Positions 45,577 through 58,500 are shown, counted from the first letter of the stretch. The stretch is DNA of 64,000 bases from Oikopleura dioica (GCA_907165135.1 OU015568.1:9362001-9426000); one strand, 5' to 3'. Numbers and translations are program-made. The notes: generated by a model from the letters alone, not told the origin.

Positions 45577-48500
45577 ATGAAGCTTTCACCATTGTTGGTG
45601 ATTTCTTCAGCGTCGGCGCTAGAATGCTATACTTGTCAGACTTCAGATCCTTCCACGGTAAGTTAAAAATTTCACCGCTTAGTGAATGGATATTCCAGAG
45701 CGGCGGTTTTAGACTGAAACTAAGTTACTCTCAAATGCTTAGATAATCGAACAGCTAAGTTTGCAGGGTCAAATTTTACTTACTGACTTTCGAAGCCAAA
45801 GTCATATTTTTACAATTTTAGTGCACGCTTGAAAAATGCCCAAACGACGGCCAAGAATGGGCCTGCCAAAACGAAGTGCGTTCTCATTCTCGACATTACT
45901 TTGTCGCAAAGGGCTGTAAGCAGCGAATGGCGTGTATGAACAACTCAATTCAAAACGACCGAGCAGCGTGGATTCCGTCCCAATGCAACCCTCTCAACCC
46001 CTACAACTCCGTCTGCCGCTGCTGCTGCGATGATAGAGACGGGTGCAACAAGGAGGACATCTTTTGTCTGGAAGCGCCGAAATGTCCTGAACTGGAGAAG
46101 AGAAAGAATCTCGACATGGAATGCACAAAAATGAGGGAAATAGGATCAGAATGTTCCTTCGAGTGCTCTGGAGATGCCGAGCTCGTTGGAGCGACGAAGA
46201 TTTCTTGCAATAATATGGGTAAGGCGGAAGTTCATCGAATGAACTTTTTACTCCTTACTCCTTTCTTTTTATTTGAAAACTTTCCTAGCTACCTGGGCTC
46301 CCGAGCAGCCAAAGTGCGTACCAAACTGTCCAACAATCGAATTCGAAGGAGGTAGCAAAGAATGCTCAAATGGTCGACGAAGCGGGTCAACGTGCAAATT
46401 CTCATGCCGAGAAGGGACACGATTAGTTGGTTCAAAGTCAACCACATGTGCGGCTGATGGTAGTTGGACTCGCGAAGCACCGACTTGTGAACCCATTTGT
46501 GATGAGCTGGAAGTAGCAAATGGCGATGTTCGTTGCTCGAATCGGAACTTTTTGGAGTCCATTTGTCAAATTTCCTGTGATGGGGATTTTGAGCGAAACG
46601 GTCCAGGAAAGGCGCTTGAAATTTTCGCTTGCATTTTATTCTCAACATTTTTCAACGCCAGAAAAAGCCACGCAAACGTGCAAACAAATCCGGGAATACA
46701 CGGCTGACTGGGACGGTAACGGTGAAACTTCCTGTGAGGCTGTTTGCAAAGCCCTGACGGACATCCCCTACGGATCAACATCATGTTCAAACGAAAACAA
46801 ACGCAACTCCGAGTGTTCATTTTCCTGCAATGATCGATTCCGCTTGCTAGGTTCTCCTATTATCACGTGTCAAAAAGACGGAAAAAGCTCCAATGGCCTC
46901 GATTGGTCCGGCCCGCTTCCAGTTTGTGAAGCGATTTGCGAAGCAATCCCTGTTCCTGAAAACGGCGAGAGTAGCTGCACAGACGGGCGCAATTTAGGCT
47001 CAACTTGTGCATTTTCATGCCCCGCTGGGACTCGATTAATCGGCGATAAGGCCTCAACCTGTACAGGATTCGGTGGCTTAGCTAATTGGACTACTCAAGC
47101 GCCACTTTGTGAACCAGTCTGCGACGATCTCACCTTGAAGAACGGCGAAATAAATTGCACCAACGACAATTTTCTGAATTCAAAGTGTTCATTATCCTGC
47201 GCCAAAAAATACGAACGCAACGGGCCAAGTTCTCAGACTTGCGTCGAGACCGGCCCCGCAAAAGCAGACTGGGACGGGGCATTAACGACCACTTGTCAGC
47301 CAATCTGTCAGCCATTGGTCGACATTGCAAACGGGGCCACAAGCTGCAACGATGGATCAAGGTACGTTCAAAGGGCCAGCATAAGATTCTCGACTAAAAC
47401 TGACAATGTCTATGTAAAGTGATGATGGATCTATTGGAGTAAAAGTTTACTTGTCAAACGTGGCCAGACGTTGTTATTGTTAAACTTGCCATTGTTTTGA
47501 TGTTTGACAAGAGCTACAACATCGAATTTCTGTGTTACTCTTTAACTTATTTGTGATTTTAGAATAAACTCAAAGTGCGAGTTCTCCTGTAACGAGCGAT
47601 ATCAGCTTCGTGGCTTTCCCTCTGTTACTTGCCAGCTTGATCGGACGATGGAAAATGGCCTCGGCTGGTCTGGCCCGATCCCTGGTTGTGAGCCGATTTG
47701 CCCAGAAGTGCCTAAGGTTGAAAATGCAGTGGTTGCTTGCGACAGTGCCACAGACATTGGCTCCATCTGTAAATACGTATGTAAGAGGGGCTTTGAACTA
47801 GTCGGCCGACCAACAACGACTTGTCTACTGGATGTCACCGACAGCACTGCTAACTGGGAGATAGGACTTCCACGATGTCAACGAACGTGTGATAAGCCAA
47901 TTGAAATTGAAAACGGCGAGGTGTCTTGTCAGGATGCGGGTTTTGTGATCGATCTATTTAATTTTTCTTCCCTTGAAATTATGATTTATCGAAAGCGAAA
48001 ATCTCTACTAGGGTTACGTAGATAGAAAGCTTTCCTTCTCCAATTCCTGGAAAAGATGAATTTTAGAAAGATCTTCAACCCTTGTTCCAGGAAAGCGGAA
48101 TTTCAGCCGGCCAAGTCTGCCAATACTCCTGTAACTCTGGCTACGAGCTTCGAGGAGAACAATCGACAACGTGTACAGTCACTGACGGTGGCAGTAGCTG
48201 GACTAATGCTCCACCAAGTTGTGAGCCAGTTTGTGGAACACCGCCAGTGATAGAGGGAGCGACAAGAACATGTGATAACGGAGACAGGGCGACATACAGC
48301 GTTGATAGCAAATGTCAGTTTGAATGTGGCGCGATGTCGAGAATGGTTGGCGATGACAGTATTGTCTGCAAAAAGGCACGGAGTAACTGATTCTACTCTC
48401 ATGATTTACTTATTCTCATCTAAGTGATCAAATCTGTTGACTTCGAATTAGGACTTCAACGGCCGAGCCTACTGGTCCGATTCTCGTCCAACTTGTATTC

Positions 48501-49978
48501 GTAAGTACCCGGATCATTCTTCTACGAAAAACAACTACGAATAGTCGTCTTGATTTTAACAAACTCGTAGCCACTTGCGCCCAGCGAACTATTCATACAC
48601 CACCGATGGCTGTTGAATGCACCAGTGGACGTGACATCGGTTCCACATGTAGTTTCGCCTGTAACGAATTGACGACAATGGAAGGTGAAGCATCTGTCGA
48701 CTGTATCGCTGATGAAATAAGCGGAGAGCCAGTTTGGTCGGATGAGTTTCCAAAATGCAAACGTAAGTTGAAAATTATCGTGTTCTAGCGACGTGTTTCC
48801 CTGTTGTTGTCTCATGAATTATTCAACGATTTCTAGCGCTCTGCCGCCAATTGCCCAAGACGGAAGCAAAACTAATTTCCTGCGATAATGGCAACAATGC
48901 CGGTTCAATTTGCACGGCCGAGTGTGCTGACTTGGGTTACCAACTGGCCGGAAACGAGGCGGTCACGTGTTCCACAAGCAAAGTCAAAGTTGATATGGAG
49001 AAGGTGTTGTTGAGTAATGAGTCGAACAGGAAGAGTTTCAATGTGGAAGTTGAAGCATTCGAAGAAGTTGCCGAGTGGGATGGACTTCTCGGTGTTTGCG
49101 AAAGTACAATTTTGTTACGAAACTCAACTTCTAATTATGTTTTAGGGACTCTCTGCCCTACTTTGGTGATGATCGAAAACGGGCAAGTAGCATGCACGGG
49201 GAGCAAATACGAAGACACATGTGACTTTAAATGCAACGACGGCTACAGGTAACATCCGGCGCGAGATGCGTCTTCTATCTTCCTCAAAATTTCAACATTT
49301 CAAACATTCCTTTCAGTCTTGACGGGCCCGCCACGGTCACGTGCTTATCGGGAAGTCGCTGGTCATCGACTGTCCCGCGCTGTTTACCCATTCCCGAGGA
49401 GGAACTCGCTGATTGCCCGATTTTGAAGACTAATCCTATTGTGCAAGCCGAATGCACGCAAGGCAACAAGGAGAGGGTCTATTTTTAGCATAACTATCGC
49501 CAAGTTGATTTCACAGAAATTTATGAAAGCAAAAATAAACCCTTGAAAACAGGTTGGCTCATTTTGCGCCTTCTCCTGTCCGACCGGTTACAAACTGATC
49601 GGATCAACTTCGACCGAATGTCTTGATTCGGCTTCGTGGAGCGAAGAAGAACTGCCCGACTGCAAGGTGGGAATTTGCGCTTTGCGAGAGCACTGTCATT
49701 AATTTGAACCGCGTTTCTAGGTGCGCATCATGATCTCGAGATGGATTTCGAATTTGGCGTTAGAGTACCAACCCAACTGGCGCTCCGCGGTTGAAATAAG
49801 CGTCATTCCACGAAATAGAGATGGAAAAGACGACGTGATCGACGAGGTCGTTTGTGAATTAATGCAGTGCCAGAATATTGAAGAATTCTTCGCATGGATT
49901 GAGGAGAATGGATATCAACTCAGTGAGGCCGAGAGAGAAGATGTTGAATTTTGCTGCGATGTTCCAGTTGAAGAATAA
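45577..49978 (+). CDS. Secreted protein: Ly6/uPAR-like domain + ~14 CCP/sushi repeats + short C-terminal domain
   Basis: Signal MKLSPLLVISSASA, then LECYTC...CQNEVR..KGCKQ..CRCCC..CN and repeated C..C..C.F.C..G..L.G....C....W....P.C modules. Ends ..FCCDVPVEE*. Confidence 0.88.
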
Positions 49979-50233
49979 TCTTTGAATAATATGAAGATGT
50001 AAAATTTTGTCTTGCTGGTTTTCCCAATAAATATGAGCTTTTCATAAGTTTAAAGATTTACTTGCTGTTTGTTTTCTGACTAGAGCAGTATTTGCTCATG
50101 TAGGCAGTAATTCAAATTAAAAAGTGTGATAGGAAACGTGAGAGAACTAAACTTGCCGGGTTTATTTATGCTAATTTTAATGCAAGAGTAATAATTAGAG
50201 AAAACTTTATTATCGATAATTAAGAATCGATCC

Positions 50234-51119
50234 ATGCCATATTCTTACAATCGCTACTCCTCGGACTCGTATAGAGCGAGTTGCGCCTCTTTATATGGCG
50301 TGAAAGATATCCTCGGTGGTAGGACACCTTCTAACGATCCGTCAGCCGATAGGAGTAGGCCATCTTACAGTTTTTCTTCTGATTTGGAGAGGACAAAATC
50401 GGAGGCATTTCGCCCAGCGACAAGATATACCGATAGTTTGAGGTGAAGAAGTCCCTTTTGACAGAGTTGAATAAGATCTTATAGGGACCTGGATAGTCAG
50501 CTGAAATCGCTCAAGTTATCTTCGTCGACCCCATCTAACACATCAACGTCGAGCTCCCACTATCTGCGTCGTCCGGCCACGGGCCTTTACAATCGGTACA
50601 CAAGCAGCACTTGTGTGACCAATACTTTACCGAGCATTTCTCCGTCCAGGGAAACCTACAACAGCTCGAAATATGGAACACCGACATCTTCTCAATCGCG
50701 TTACGATATCAGCTCTAGTCAGTCGATATTAATCCCTCCCGGTAGAGAAGCTCAAAAATCTCCAGCTGAAGAAGAATTGAACTGTGCCAAAAGAGCAAAT
50801 GAAATTTTAAAATCTGAGAATCAACAATTGAAATTTGAATTAAGAAAAGTGAAGGCTGAAAATAAGAAATTGATCAATATTAAGCAAGACTTTGAGGGAA
50901 AATTTGGTAATTAAACGTTCAATTTTTTTAAGAAATGATTTTTATTCAGAGTGCCGTATATGTTTTGAGATTTACGATACAGAGGAGCATTTTCAAGCAA
51001 CTCTCAAATGTGGCCATGCGTTTGGGGAGAACTGCATTCGAGCTTATTTACAGAGTGTGAACCGCTGTGCCCTCTGCAATCAAGCCGCCAATATTCACGA
51101 TTTACGCCGCGTTTACTAA
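50234..51119 (+). CDS. RING finger protein (C3HGC3-type, C-terminal) with Ser-rich N-terminus and coiled coil
   Basis: Three exons: Ser/Tyr-rich start, ILKSENQQLKFELRKVKAENKKL, then CRICFEIY..CGHAFGENCI..CALC..*. Confidence 0.85.
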
Positions 51120-52388
51120 ATGATTTTAACAAAAATATGCTCTCGCGAAAAAATTATATTCGAATATTTCTAATGCATGAGTTGTTGAGTTAACCGGTGC
51201 GCGTAAATCAAGCCGCAAATGAGCAGATCTTCACCCGGGAGTCAATTAGCCCATGAATCAGAGTCTTTGGAAAAACGGGCGGGCAGCGTAAGGGCTAATT
51301 ATTTACTTCACACGTTTTCGCGAAGGACGCGAATTATTATCGCATTAGGCTTGTGACACCTGAGGCCCGATATTTATCCTAATACATTTTCGAAACAGAG
51401 CCTTGTTATCCTTTTCGTTGACGAGAACTGCTAAGTACGGGTTTGTAAACTTTTGGCTTGATCACTCGGAAGTTGCAAAATAAATCGTCGGTGGCACGTT
51501 TTGGCGGTTTTGATTCAAAGATTCAGAGACTCACTCTGCGGCCGGGGCTTGTTGACTTGGCGCGCCCGCCAGATGCATCGATCCTGTCAATTCAACTACT
51601 ATCAGAGGCGACTCTCGATTCCCAATTGTATACGAGAGATAAAAGCATGGGAGCTTGCTTTTTTGGAATTTAGAAAAATCGTCATTTTCTCAAAAAAAAA
51701 AATAGCGCGAAAATCATCAGTTTTTTCTACTCGAAAAGTTATTTTATACTGTCGTTCTAGTTATACTCTTCTTTGCATATTTGTGGAGCTGGCTGGAATT
51801 TTTTATTGCGTGGTTAAATTGTGGAGTCTCGCGGTGCTGGGTTTAATCGATTCTGCGGCCGGGCCCGAACCCGTGTCGGACAAAGAAGTGGAGGAATTTC
51901 AAAGTTCTAGTGTCAGGATACCTCTGCGGCCGGCCTCCTTCTTATCTTATGTATCCAAAAGTGTCTTTCGGCGAAGTGCATCTCACAGAAGGAAAGAGTG
52001 GCGAACTGGAATGTCGCAGTCAACAAAACCCGCAAGAATTGGTCAACGAGTTTTTTCGCGTGAACTCGATCTTTTTTGTGTAACTCAAATAAAACTCAAA
52101 TAACCATTATTCAGGTGAACACTAGAATTTCGAGCAGTGAGTCTGCGATTCAAAAAATAGCTGTTAAGAAAATTGCTGAGAAAATAGTTTCTCGACCAGT
52201 TGTAGGAACCTGCCGCTGCAGATGTCTCGCTGGATCATCCGATAATGACAGAAAAGCTTTTTTCTTCACGAAAGCGGCTCTCCATGCAAATTGCTAATGC
52301 AAAAACGAAGCCAAGTGTAATTTGTACTTTTTTCATTGAGTCATTTTTTCAAAATAGCGTATTTGATTTCGCTTTCGATTCATTTTTT

Positions 52389-52650
52389 TCATCCTTCAAG
52401 GAGTTTTTTCGCGTAGTTTCCAAGGGTGAGGCCATCAAATTTTTTCATAAAAGACACTTGAAGATACAGTATGTTAAATATCGACTGCTACACTTGTATA
52501 AGACTTACACAATGATTTCACACGACCGTTTGACTCCCTAAAGCATCATATACAAGCATGAAATAAAAGTACTCACGATTGATAATGATGCCTAGCTCCA
52601 CTTCCATCAGCGATCGAATATAAAAAGAGAAGAGGGACGAAAATATTCAT
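52389..52650 (-). CDS. Small secreted peptide precursor A (56 aa, 3 exons)
   Basis: Exons 52577-52650, 52509-52537 and 52389-52456 with GT-AG introns: MNIFVPLLFLYSIADGSGARHHYQSESNGRVKSLLSFMKKFDGLTLGNYAKKLLEG*. Confidence 0.85.
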
Positions 52651-52960
52651 TTTAAAACTTCTTGCCTATTTGTCCTCAAAGAGAATTCCACACTTTCTTT
52701 TAAACATGAACTTATTTAAAATTCATTGGATTGAATCGAGCATCCGATTGGGAGCAAGACATCGAAAACAGATGTCTATGCCCATATAATATGGGCCATA
52801 TTCTTTGATAAGAAGTAAATTAAATATCGACCTACTAGTAGTGAAAAGTAGTGGTATCACAAAATAGAAGAAACATTTTATTATAAATAACAGCATTAGT
52901 ATTAAGACATTAATTTGAGTGAAGGACGAAAATTGAAACAGGGCTAGAAGAAAGATATTT

Positions 52961-53229
52961 TTAGCCTTGAAGGAGTTTTTTTGCATAGTTCCCGAAAGAC
53001 ATCTCATCAATTTTTTGAATAAACGAAACTAAGGCATTACTATTTTTGTTTGAAATTTGCCATATAAATTTGACATCAATAACTTACGCAGTGATTTCAC
53101 GCGGCCAGACTCCCTGAAATTCTTTGATAAACTCTTAAAAAATTTAAGTATTTACGATTCAAAATGATGTCTAGCTCCGCTTCCATCAGTTGCTGAAAGA
53201 AAAGCCAAAAAAGTGATCGAAAGCTTCAT
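52961..53229 (-). CDS. Small secreted peptide precursor B (55 aa, 3 exons)
   Basis: Exons 53156-53229, 53088-53113 and 52961-53028: MKLSITFLAFLSATDGSGARHHFESESGRVKSLLSFIQKIDEMSFGNYAKKLLQG*. Confidence 0.85.
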
Positions 53230-53344
53230 TTAGTCGGTTTTAGTAGTGAAAAAAAACCATACATTGAATCGGAATCCACTTGCTTTTGATTCTTATCATT
53301 TATTTCTTTTATTCTTTTTTCAGAAAAAGTTTCAATTTAAAATT

Positions 53345-53595
53345 TCAGTCTTGAAAAATGTTTTTAGCATAATTTCCCAGAGTTAGGCCATCAAATTTGC
53401 TCATGAACGAAACTAAAACACAGTCATTTTGTATATCAATGACGACTTACGCAAGGATTTGAAGCGACCATTTTTAGCCTCTCTAAAATATTATAATTAA
53501 TATTTATACACAATGAAATTTTACGAATGGAAATGATCTCTATTTCCGTCTCCAGCAACGAAAGCAAAGAGGAAAATAATGAAAGAATATTTCAT
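53345..53595 (-). CDS. Small secreted peptide precursor C (56 aa, 3 exons)
   Basis: Exons 53525-53595, 53451-53482 and 53345-53412: MKYSFIIFLFAFVAGDGNRDHFHSEAKNGRFKSLLSFMSKFDGLTLGNYAKNIFQD*. Confidence 0.85.
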
Positions 53596-54219
53596 CTTTA
53601 AAAACTCTGAAAAATGCCGAAAAACTTAAGCCAAAGTTAGAAAATGATTCTATTTATACACTTTTAGTAATTACAAATTCATGGAAATTGAAACAAGCTG
53701 CCAATAGACATGTCGATTAAAAGGCAAGATAGCATTCTTTCCTACTAAGTGGCGGACAAATTAAGTACCTAATAAGACAAAAAATAAGGCGACGGAGCAG
53801 CGAAATGGAAATGAGTTTTGAACTTTCTCGCCAATAATCGCCTTTCTGTACAAAATTCCAGAGCTGCGGCTCTTTAGTGTGAAGCAATCCAGGTGCTTCT
53901 AATTCTGAGTTGTTGGCGAGCTACTATCTGCGTTACTACCTTGTTTCTGCGGTTGTTAAAACTTCGGCACGGGCTCCAACTCTCTCTTATCGCCTCGTTT
54001 CATCAAGGCTCGAAAAACACGTGAACGGTTCATGCTTTTTTTTTGTTCAAAGGTTGTGCTCTTCTCTGCAGTCATTAATTTTCAGAAAATATTTTTTGGG
54101 AAAATTTTTATTAAAATCAAAAAGCATTTTTTGCAAATATTGATTGTTTGCGATCAGATGCAGACGAAAAAATATCAGAAAAATTCACTGAAATCTTGGA
54201 AAAAAAAGAGCAGAAGAAG

Positions 54220-54628
54220 ATGGAAGGTTGGGAGGTGCTTATGATTGTAATAGCAGTGATTGCATTTTTAGTTTGTAAGATCATTTTTTTAATGTTTATA
54301 ATTAACATTTTTTCAGGTTTCAGTTATCTTCTAAAATGCTGTTGGAAATTAAAGAAAATCAGAACTTCGTCTTCAAATGGTTCAGAAAGTCCAGTTGCCG
54401 ATGCAGAAGCCAGGCCGAGTTCAAATTCTGCTGACAGTGATACTCGCCCGGAGCCAATAGCACCAAGTCAAATAGAAATCGATGCGCCCGAAGTTCCCGA
54501 AGGTAAACCATAGCTTCGAATTTATTCTTATGAAAGAAGTTTTTATTACTAAAAATATTCAAGAATCCGTCTCGAGGGGAAAAGAAGATTTACCTCCAAG
54601 TTACGATGATATTCTAAATGAGTGGTAA
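54220..54628 (+). CDS. Small single-pass membrane protein with juxtamembrane Cys and a C-terminal PPxY motif
   Basis: MEGWEVLMIVIAVIAFLV|CFSYLLKCCWKLKK..PEVPE|ESVSRGKEDLPPSYDDILNEW*, joined through two short GT-AG introns. The start could lie further upstream. Confidence 0.7.
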
Positions 54629-55429
54629 AATTCAATAAAAAATATTCAGTAATGCACTGTTGAATGAAATTGATAAAGTCTAAAAATGTAGAAAACAAGC
54701 AATTTGACTATCTTACATCTTTCTCGCGCCACAAATTGAAGTAGCAATAAAGTCTAAGTTTAACCACAACATGATTAACATGGTCGAAACTTGCATAGTA
54801 TCGAAAAAATGGTAGCAATTTAAATGGTAGTTTCCAGTCTGTGGTGGCTTATCTCAGCGAGAACACGCAACCGTAGATTTTTCAGCGCTCGACAGATAAG
54901 AGACCCGTGAGTTGACCTCTAAGACCAAAATCCACGACTGATAAGGAGGTGATTAAGGTTCCAACCTTTTGGACCATCATCAGGCAAGTCCAAAGTGTTG
55001 ACATAAACTTTTCTTAATGAAAACTTTTTCCTTAAAAATCGGTGATTTTAAGATACTATCATCATCATTGATCTAAAGTGAGCAATCTTTGGTCTAATTT
55101 TCGAGGTTTTGTCGACAATTTCGGACGTAAAAAGTCCTCAATCTTAGAGCTCTGACTGTACAAATGAGTTGTTTTGAAGCCAACAAAACCTCAAAACAAG
55201 GAATTCCGTGCAGCTATAAAAATTCTGTTCATGACATTTTACCGTCTGGAATTCTCCATCTCGACTTTAATTGCTGCTCAAATGTCGAGCAAGTTGGTGA
55301 ACCCCCCAAGTGCGCACTGGAACGTCACTTATTCTGAAAAAAAGAGAGAAAGAGAGAAAAATGAAGGACAGGTGGCTCGATGCTTATTTTTCGATAGCTT
55401 TTTGGAAATTTTTGCTTTCAAGTTCGAGC

Positions 55430-55508
55430 ATGGGCAACCACACTAAGCTGCTTTGCTCGTTTATTTTGGCCGCGTCCGGCCGCGACACACGACGCGATGA
55501 CTTTATAG
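55430..55508 (+). CDS. Possible signal-peptide first exon (perhaps of the downstream chitin-binding gene)
   Basis: MGNHTKLLCSFILAASGRDTRRDDFI followed by a GTAACG donor, with a TTTCAAG acceptor-like site upstream. Linkage to the downstream gene is not shown. Confidence 0.3.
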
Positions 55509-58500
55509 GTAACGTGTACGGCCTAAACAACAAACACCTTCTGTCTCTTTCTTTCTTTTCTAACTACTGAGTGTTGTGTTGAACAACAAGTCTCGTTCCT
55601 CCGAAAATAAATAAATTTGTTAATTGAACTTTTAATTTTGTCAATAATTCTCACTGATTAAGATTTTCCCTATTCGAGATTTTAAGAAACATCGTTACTT
55701 TAGGGAGGTCGACATTCTTAATTGAATTCTCAAGCATACTTTGCACAAAAGTCATTTTTATAAAAAAAAAAGATTATCGATTGCTATCCCCTTAAAACGC
55801 ACGGAACTCTAAATTCGAGAGTTCCTGTCTTATCTTATATAAATTTCTGGCTCTAGCTAGCCACATGATCCGACCATAGAGCTTCCTTTGGGAAGGATTA
55901 CTCGCTCCCCCCTCCCTCATCCCCTTCCCTTCTACCGATAAACAATTTATTCAGTGGACAAGGAGTACGTGGATACTGTCTGTGCAGAGAAGGGCGAAGG
56001 AAGTTCACAAAAGTCACAATCTGTTTCCGCCTTGAATTTTCAAATCATCAATCGGGAAAATCGTGAAGCCGACAAGTTAATGTCTAAAAGGGATTGAGTT
56101 CCTAATCAGCTTTAAATCCCCGGATGAGAAAGTCAACAAAAGAGCTGGCTTTTCAAACAAGATGAAGATTTTAATGAAAAATCGGATTTAACTCGTCGGC
56201 GCACGTGGTTCCCAAATTTTGAATTTAACCCGATGGCGTGTTGCGGAACAAGATTTGACTTTGTGAACAAGAAGAATAAGGTTCCTACGCGTATAGCGAT
56301 TCCGGTAAGTTAAAACCCGCCACGTTGATTATTAACGAACTGATTATTTTTATACCGTAATTGATCGGCCTGCGTAACATCGGGATTTCGGTGATCTATT
56401 TATTGAAAATTTTCGAAACTCGAGAACTTAATTATTCTTCCTTCGTGGCTAGAATTTCTGGTTCATGGGACCCCAGGTTTCATTTTATTGACACTAATTT
56501 AGCCGGGGATTAATTTTGATGAACGAGGCTACTTTGAACACGAATTTTAAGAGTGGGACGCGAACGAATTGAAAAACTCATTTTTTTTCTCTTTTTTCGA
56601 GAGACCCTTAATCACTTTCCAGTAGCAGTTCAATAAAAGATCATTTTATACTTGTACAGGGAACAATTAAATAGAGCTGGTTCCCAGAATAAAACGATAA
56701 AAAAGCATGTCCGAAATTTCCTACTTTGGGAGATTAGAAAAAACCTTATCGCCATGTGTAATCTGGTCGTTATACGTTCAAAACCGTGTCCGCATGTGGG
56801 TGTTGTTCTAATTCGCGGGCTTGATAGCAGGGCTGAGCATGCTTCCGTATCGCAGTTTACTACATACTGGCTCCTCATCTAGTCGGAGGTGAGCCACAAT
56901 GAGCCGAAAACGTGGCAAGATGGGAAAAGTTCAGATAAAATTGACGTCCTGAAATACTTGGCTTGTAATACCTGCTGCATTACAGAACGTACAAAATTTC
57001 ATAAAACCTAAAGCAGCTTATCATTTTCCCGGATATTTCAACTCAATCCTCAATTGGTCGTATTGACCAATCAGGAGTCTGAATGAAAAGTTCGCTATAA
57101 AAAGAAGCGTCAGTAACTCTTGAAAAATGTTTAAAGTCGATGCGAATTAACCTGATCAGCATTTTTCGTACAAAAATAGATCTTGTCTTTTGGAAAGAAA
57201 AACATGTCGAGCATTATTATGTACGCCTGCTGCTTCAGTATTTATTATGCTGTAATTCCCTCAATTAGCTCCACGTGCTCCGCTCGGCGCTTGACCCATG
57301 TTGATAAATTTGCGGAGTGTTTGGATTAAAATTCGACTCGTATTTGAGCTTTGACATGCTGTTCTTGGTTAATTTTTTCAACCACCTGAATTTGAAGACG
57401 AATTTCTCAAGAATAAAGCGTCTCAAGATGGATGGACGCTGTCTTTTTGGCTGCCATTTAAAAGGACAAATAGCGGTATATTGGCGACCTTTTCAGTTGA
57501 TGTTGTTTATTACAAGCAAAAACTATCCAGTTAGCCAAGTAGCGCTAAGTAACTCGATCGAGGGGACAAGAATCATTTCCGGTTCCTTCTATTAGATAAT
57601 GCTTCTTACAGTCAGACGAAATATTAGTAAGTAAATGAAAACGATTCTAAAATATCTGAATTAAGTAAGCGAAAATTTCATGTCAAGTTGAAATTTCCTC
57701 AATCAGTTATCGTTTAATTTTACTGATGAAAGCACGATTTTAATGAACAATAATTTGATCCCCACATCTGGGAAAATCAAGCTCAAATTGTCGAGAATAA
57801 TCCTCGGTCGAAAAAATTTCTCCTTGAAGCTGTTCCTCGCCCGTCGAATTAGTGTCAGAACGGGCAACTCTTCCGTGAAACCTTCATCTGTCATCTACTC
57901 TAATTTGGAGCTAGAATTTGCCCGAGATGAGTAATCAGCCAATCGAGTGGAAGTGCTGCGCTTCCACAAGTCAAGGTCGACCTCTAAAGGGCAAAAAACG
58001 CGCTGATGACAGCAGCAGCGGAAGGGCGGAAAAACCGAGCGGCTCAACCAAGCCCCACCGCAAACTCATAACGCGCGCCAACTTGATTTTATAATTTTTG
58101 CAGAAAATGGGCATTTACAATTCCGGCGAAAAAAAGAAGACGACCCGAGCGATCATCACCTTTTTTAACCATTGCGGGTGCAAATTATGCACCCCAAGAA
58201 ATTTCACGCTAAGCTAGATCTGACGTTTTTACAGGGTAAACAAGGATGACCTCAGCTCGGAAATACGGCAGTTTGAATACCGGTATCGATACGTGTCAAA
58301 ATGTAAAACGAAAAAATAGACTGGGGAATAATCTTTCGTTAGAATTTTGGTATTAAGAGTCTCGATGATCGGGTTGAACTTTTGCGCTTGGCCTAGCAGC
58401 AAAGGCCACCGACGAGGGAATGAAATTCTAACAGCGCTCGGCGATTCCGGCTCTTTCCTAACGTGGAACATCGTATCTTTAAAAGGCCAATCAAATTCAG

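Noticed and set aside
52389-53595. Firm assignment of the peptides to the glucagon/secretin/PACAP family
   Set aside because: No N-terminal His/Tyr and no Phe6-Thr7, no consistent dibasic site before the DG, and copy B has DE. The resemblance is kept only as a hypothesis.
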